Source: an uncultured Gemmatimonadales bacterium
Lineage (GTDB): Bacteria; Gemmatimonadota; Gemmatimonadetes; Palauibacterales; Palauibacteraceae
Assembly (NCBI GenBank): GCA_963783385.1
Contig: CAWANJ010000006.1
Span: forward strand, 1-64,000
DNA length: 64,000 nucleotides
Direction of reading: 5' to 3'
Part shown: positions 59,547 through 64,000 of the stretch, one piece after another
Layout: each line of letters starts with the position of its first letter
How positions within the stretch are numbered: the first letter of the stretch is position 1
The notes under the pieces: model-generated
Seen by the model: the letters and a program-made list of their open reading frames with translations, nothing else
Database searches by the model: none
What the model was told of the DNA's origin: nothing
Program-made: the position numbers and the translations under genes

Positions 59547-60944
59547 CTAGGGGATGCCCGGCTCCGTCATGGCGCGGAAGTCCAGAATCCGGTCCAGCTC
59601 CTCCTCTCCGAGGAGGCCCTCCTCCAGGACGATGTCCCGGAGCGTCCTGTCCTCCGCCAGAGACTTCTTGGCGACCTTCGCGGCCCGGTCGTACCCAATC
59701 TCGGGCGCGAGCGCCGTGGCCAGCGCGGCCGTGGACTCGGCGTTCCGGCGGCAGCGCGCCCCGTTGGCCTCGATCCCGACCACGCAGCGGTCGGTGAACT
59801 CGCGGCACACGGAAGCGAGGATCTCGATGGACTCGAGCAGCCCGTGGATCATGACGGGGATCATCACGTTGAGCTCGAAGTTGCCCGACTGCCCACCAAT
59901 GGTGATGGCCGCATCGTTGCCGATCACCTTCGCCGCCACCTGGCACACCGACTCCGCCATGACCGGGTTCACCTTGCCCGGCATGATCGAGGAGCCGGGC
60001 TGCACCGCCGGGAGCGAGATCTCGCCGATCCCGGTCCGCGGGCCCGACGAGAGCCAGCGCAGGTCGTTGGCGATCTTCATGAGGCTCACGGCCAGCGTCT
60101 TGAGCGCGCCGCTCGCCTCGACCAGCGCGTCCCGGCCTCCCTGCGCCTCGAAGTGGTTGTCGGCCTCCCGGAAGGCCGCGCCGGTCATGTCACTGAGCTC
60201 GGCGGCCATCCGGCGGCCGAACTGGGGGTGCGTGTTGATGCCGGTGCCGACCGCCGTGCCGCCGATGGCCAGCTCGCCGAGAGCGTCCCGCAGCCCCTCC
60301 ACGCGGCGGATGCCGTGCGCCACCTGGCTGGCATAGCCCCCGAACTCCTGGCCCAACCGCACCGGCGTCGCGTCCTGCAGGTGGGTGCGGCCGGCCTTCG
60401 GGATCCCGTCGAACTCCCCGGCCTTGTCCTCGAGCGCCCCGCGCAGGTGCTCGAGCGAAGGCAGGAGCTCCTCCTCGATGGCCACCAGGGCCGATACGTG
60501 GGAGGCCGTGGGGATCACGTCGTTGGACGACTGCCCCAGGTTCACGTGGTCGTTGGGGTGGACCGGGTCGCGGGAGCCCACCTGGCCGCCCAGGATCTGG
60601 ATGGCCCGATTGGCGATCACCTCGTTCGCGTTCATGTTCGTCGAGGTCCCCGAGCCGGTCTGGAAGATGTCGACCACGAACTGGTCATCCAGCTTCCCCT
60701 CCATCACCTCGGCCGCAGCCTGCTCGATCGCCCCGGCGCGCCGCCCGTCCAGCAGGCCCAGCTCCCGGTTCACGCGCGCCGCGGCCAGCTTGATGAATCC
60801 CAGGGCGCGCAGGAAGCGGCGGTCGAAGCGCAGACCGCTGATCGGAAAGTTCCGGCGGGCCCGCTCCGTCTGGGCGCCGTAGAGCATTCCGGTCGGAATC
60901 TCCACCTCGCCCATCGAATCGCGCTCGGTCCTCGTCTCGGCCAT
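59547..60944 (-). CDS. fumC: Class II fumarate hydratase
   Basis: RTERDSMG, QTGSGTSTNMN, GRTHLQDATP, GSSIMPGKVNP. Confidence 0.95.
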   Translation of the reverse strand: MAETRTERDSMGEVEIPTGMLYGAQTERARRNFPISGLRFDRRFLRALGFIKLAAARVNRELGLLDGRRAGAIEQAAAEVMEGKLDDQFVVDIFQTGSGTSTNMNANEVIANRAIQILGGQVGSRDPVHPNDHVNLGQSSNDVIPTASHVSALVAIEEELLPSLEHLRGALEDKAGEFDGIPKAGRTHLQDATPVRLGQEFGGYASQVAHGIRRVEGLRDALGELAIGGTAVGTGINTHPQFGRRMAAELSDMTGAAFREADNHFEAQGGRDALVEASGALKTLAVSLMKIANDLRWLSSGPRTGIGEISLPAVQPGSSIMPGKVNPVMAESVCQVAAKVIGNDAAITIGGQSGNFELNVMIPVMIHGLLESIEILASVCREFTDRCVVGIEANGARCRRNAESTAALATALAPEIGYDRAAKVAKKSLAEDRTLRDIVLEEGLLGEEELDRILDFRAMTEPGIP

Positions 60945-61033
60945 GGCTCCGCCTCGTGCCTTCGGTTCTATCCCTGTCTATGCCTGCGCGGCGGCCGCGC
61001 CTCGCGGGCCGGCGCCGTTCGATCGGGTCGCCC

Positions 61034-61597
61034 TCAGAAGGTGACGTTGTCTCCCGCCTTCACGTCGTGTGCCGCGAACCAGCCCTCCGCCATCTCGAGC
61101 GCGTACATGGCGGGGCGGCTCGACGTGTGGAGATCGTCGCTCTCGGCCTGCATGTGCTGGATGTCGACGATCACGCCCTTCTGGTTCACGAAGGCGATGT
61201 CCAGGGGGATCTTCGTGTTGCGCATCCAGAAGGACAGGGTCTGCTCCTCCGGGTACACGAACAGCATGCCGTGGTCGGGCGGCAGCGAGTCGCGGCTCAT
61301 GAGCCCGCGCGTGCGCGTCTGGTCGTTGTCGGCCACCTCGGCCGTGACGGCGTGTCCGCCCACGGTGAGATGCGCCACCTGCATGCCGGTCGGGGCCACC
61401 GTGTCGGCCGCGGCCGACGCGCCCGTCGAACCGGACGTGGCGGCCGACCGGGTCGCCCCGGCCCCGGCTGGCGATCCGCTCGCGGAACCCGCGGGCGCGG
61501 CGTCGGCCGAGCTCGAGCTCCCGCCGCAGGCGGCCAGGAAGGCCACGCCGGCCAGGACCGCCAGCCACGCCGGTGATCGGTTCGAGCGATCGAGCAC
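61034..61597 (-). CDS. DUF192 family lipoprotein
   Basis: AEVAD...RGLM.R...GMLFVY...FWMRNT.IPLDIAF. Confidence 0.9.
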   Translation of the reverse strand: MLDRSNRSPAWLAVLAGVAFLAACGGSSSSADAAPAGSASGSPAGAGATRSAATSGSTGASAAADTVAPTGMQVAHLTVGGHAVTAEVADNDQTRTRGLMSRDSLPPDHGMLFVYPEEQTLSFWMRNTKIPLDIAFVNQKGVIVDIQHMQAESDDLHTSSRPAMYALEMAEGWFAAHDVKAGDNVTF

Positions 61598-61741
61598 GGG
61601 TCCTCCTCGTCCGGAAGGTGCGGGCCCACTTCGGCCGCTGGAAGTCCGGCCGACTCCGGCGGCATATTCCTTTCACCGGCCCCCTCATGCAAGCACTGCA
61701 AGGCCGACGCCGACGCGGCGGCCCGCCCCCACGAGCCGGAG

Positions 61742-62167
61742 GTGACCCTGGAGCCCATCGAGGAGCTCTCGCACACGGCCGACGTCGGTTTCCGTCTGGC
61801 GGCCGATGCCCCATCCTGCCTGTTCCGGCTGGCCGCGGAGGGGTTGAGACGGGTCCTGGGCCACGAGGCGGCGCCGGACGTCCTGGAGGAGGAGGCGATC
61901 CGCCTGGAGCGCCCCGACACGGAGCGTCTCCTGGTGGCGTGGCTCCTGACCCTCCACGAGGGCGGCGAGCGCCGCGGCGCGGTTCCCGCGCCGATTTCGC
62001 TGGAGCTGGACCGGGAGGCGTCCGGCGCCGCCAGGCTCGACGCCCGGGTCGCCTGGCACCGCCGCGCTACCGATCCCGTGCGCGAGATCAAGGGTGTCAC
62101 CTACCACGGGCTGGAGGTGCGCGAGCGAGAGGGACGCTGGGAGGCGACGGTGGTGCTCGACCTGTGA
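61742..62167 (+). CDS. Archease
   Basis: HTADVG N-terminus; EIKGVTYHGL...ATVVLDL C-terminus. Confidence 0.88.
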   Translation: MTLEPIEELSHTADVGFRLAADAPSCLFRLAAEGLRRVLGHEAAPDVLEEEAIRLERPDTERLLVAWLLTLHEGGERRGAVPAPISLELDREASGAARLDARVAWHRRATDPVREIKGVTYHGLEVREREGRWEATVVLDL

Positions 62168-62289
62168 TCGGTGGCGCGGGGGGCGCTCGCGGCCTATAAG
62201 GATGGTGGGGTGCGACGCGCGTCGCCACAGCGGGCCGGGACCGTCCCGCCGCCCGCCCCGGCCCGCGGACGCTCACGAGAAGGATGGTC

Positions 62290-62688
62290 ATGCGTAGACG
62301 ACCTCTGCCCGCCGCGCTCCTCCTGGTCCTGCCGCTGCTGGCCTCCGGGTGCCTGGCGGCGGCCGCTGGCGCCGCCGGGGGCGGCCTCTATTTCACCACG
62401 CGCGGCGTCGGACAGGTGGTGGAGGGCGGTTTCGGGCCCGTCACCGACGCCGCTCGCAAGGCCTTCACCACGCTGGGGGTCGAGTACAAGGGCCAGAAGG
62501 ACTCGGACGACGACAAGAACCGCGAGATCTGGGGAAAATCGGGGGACGACGACGTCACGGTGGACCTGGAGGAGCGGACGGACGTGGCCACCAAGGTCGA
62601 GGTGTCGGTGAAGACGGGTGCCGTGACGTGGGACAAGGACATGGCCCGCAAGATCCTCGGAGAGATCCAGAAGAACCGTAAGGGGTAG
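62290..62688 (+). CDS. DUF3568-like lipoprotein
   Basis: LASGC lipobox + AAAGAAGGG; WDKDMARKIL. Confidence 0.7.
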   Translation: MRRRPLPAALLLVLPLLASGCLAAAAGAAGGGLYFTTRGVGQVVEGGFGPVTDAARKAFTTLGVEYKGQKDSDDDKNREIWGKSGDDDVTVDLEERTDVATKVEVSVKTGAVTWDKDMARKILGEIQKNRKG

Positions 62689-62734
62689 GAATGGGTGGCG
62701 GCGGAGGCACGCCGCCGGGGACGAGGAGGTGAGG

Positions 62735-63466
62735 ATGATCCTTCCCAACGTGCGATCTTCCTTCGATCGGGACGAGGCCGGACGCGTGGTGCGTACGCTG
62801 GCCCGCGGGGACGAGGGCCGGGCCCGGGACCTGGAGGCCGCGCTGGCCGAGCGCGGACTGGACCCCCTGCTGGACGACCCCGACCTCCCGGCGCTCCTGA
62901 CCGGCGGCGGGGGCGTCGAGGACCTCCCCCTGGGGCTCGTTCTGTACGTCCTCGTGCGCCACGCGCTCCTGGAGTGCGGCGTGGAGAGCCGGGTCATAGC
63001 CGACTACGTCTCGGCGCTGGTGCTCGAGTTCGGGTTCCGCGGACGATCGTACAGGATCGCCGACCACGACGACCGGGAGTACCACTACCTGGTCGACATC
63101 CTGGCCGACATGTCCAGGGCCCGGGGGCGCCGCGCCTTCCTGCTGGAGGCGCATCTCGGGAACTTCGCCCTGTGGCTGTCGGGCCTGTTCCCCGACCACA
63201 TCGCGTCGCGCGTGGGTCGAAAGGGTGGACCGGGCCTGGACTATTACGAGGAGATGGGGCAGACGGGCTACCGAATGGCGGCGAACGACCCGGTGGCGCG
63301 CCAGGAGTCGCTGGACGGGCTGTTTCGCGACGCGGCGGAGGCGTTCGTGGAGCTCAGGCGCGGCCTCAACCGCGTGTCGGACCGCTACCTCCTCCCCCGG
63401 CGCGGGGCTACCGTCGACCGTTTGCTCCGGCAGGTCCAGGACCGCTTCGAGGAGGGGACGCTCTGA
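62735..63466 (+). CDS. Conserved hypothetical protein
   Basis: Strong RBS; HLGNFALWLSGLFPD...YYEEMG..GY. Confidence 0.75.
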   Translation: MILPNVRSSFDRDEAGRVVRTLARGDEGRARDLEAALAERGLDPLLDDPDLPALLTGGGGVEDLPLGLVLYVLVRHALLECGVESRVIADYVSALVLEFGFRGRSYRIADHDDREYHYLVDILADMSRARGRRAFLLEAHLGNFALWLSGLFPDHIASRVGRKGGPGLDYYEEMGQTGYRMAANDPVARQESLDGLFRDAAEAFVELRRGLNRVSDRYLLPRRGATVDRLLRQVQDRFEEGTL

Positions 63467-63486
63467 ATCGATAATCACTATTGATT
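63466..63486. promoter_or_regulatory. AT-rich Fur-type palindrome
   Basis: AATCGATA-ATCAC-TATTGATT containing GATAAT, upstream of fur. Confidence 0.5.
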
Positions 63487-63585
63487 GAGCGCCGGGTCCG
63501 GCCTAGCTTCCGAAGCATGGACGAGTTTCCCGCGGATCCGCGCCGGGTGGCGCTCCGAGTACCGATTCTCCCGAGCGACGAGCCG

Positions 63586-64000
63586 ATGGACAGCACTCTG
63601 CAGACTCGACCCCCGCTGGGCTGCGCGGCGGTGATGATGAGCGTCTTCCGCGCAAGCCTCCAGGAGCACCAGCTCCCGGTGACCCAGCAGCGCGAAGCCG
63701 TTGCCGGCATCCTGTTCGAGTCCACGGGCCATCTGTCGGCCGACGACATCGCGGCCCGGCTCAAGGAGCGGGGCGACCACGTGGGTAAGGCCACCATCTA
63801 CAGGACGCTGAACCTCCTGGTGGACGTCGGCCTGGCCACCGAGCACGACTTCGACGAGGGCTTCAAGCGGTACGAGGCCCGCATCGGGCCCTCCCGGCAC
63901 GACCACCTCATCTGCACCTCCTGTGGAGAGGTGATCGAGTTCCATCGCCCCGAGCTGGAGGCGCTCCAATCCGAGGTCGCGGCCGAGTACGGCTTCCAGC
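63586..64000 (+). CDS. fur: Fur family metal-uptake regulator (3'-truncated by window edge)
   Basis: VTQQREAV, HLSADDI, KATIYRTLNLL, HDHLICTSCGEVIEF. Confidence 0.9.
   Translation, partial: MDSTLQTRPPLGCAAVMMSVFRASLQEHQLPVTQQREAVAGILFESTGHLSADDIAARLKERGDHVGKATIYRTLNLLVDVGLATEHDFDEGFKRYEARIGPSRHDHLICTSCGEVIEFHRPELEALQSEVAAEYGFQ

Noticed and set aside
59547-60944. Aspartate ammonia-lyase (aspA) as an alternative call
   Set aside because: QTGSGTSTNMN, HPNDHVN and GRTHLQDATP fit class II fumarase better.
5146-61745. Long antisense or alternate-frame ORFs (e.g. 5146-6669, 6516-8909, 15882-18836, 59844-61745)
   Set aside because: Arg/Pro/Gly/Ala-rich shadow ORFs expected from high GC opposite well-supported genes.
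1-64000. CRISPR array, tRNA (including selC), rRNA, IS elements, prophage genes
   Set aside because: No regularly spaced repeats, cloverleaf/T-loop signatures, transposase or phage proteins were recognised.

Overview
Very GC-rich bacterial DNA, most consistent with Gemmatimonadota (inferred from the PadR + ADOP permease pair, 6-bladed beta-propeller, TolB/TPR protein and Sec-peroxiredoxin). From ~1 to 58.3 kb it is a dense, mostly plus-strand array of small accessory genes: SnoaL/NTF2, DinB, cupin, VOC, ABM, TetR, DUF6090-like, hydrolases, nitrilase and CHAD, plus a fur-catalase locus and a CcdA/TlpA/peroxiredoxin redox cluster. Core-looking genes follow (fumC, DUF192, archease, fur). I saw no rRNA, tRNA, CRISPR, integrase or transposase. 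Highlights: (1) two in-frame UGA genes with bacterial SECIS-like hairpins that share a CGUG loop start, namely a Cys-free Rdx/SelW-like protein at 2186-2446 that the ORF track misses and an exported 1-Sec peroxiredoxin facing TlpA/CcdA; (2) a stand-alone class II aminoacyl-tRNA-synthetase catalytic-core paralog with a rewritten substrate pocket (40183-41038); (3) several 'collapsed' genes that keep start and stop but have lost their middle by in-frame deletion. Many single-base frameshifts fall in or near homopolymer runs and are probably long-read assembly errors. Family and DUF names come from motif recognition, not from database searches.
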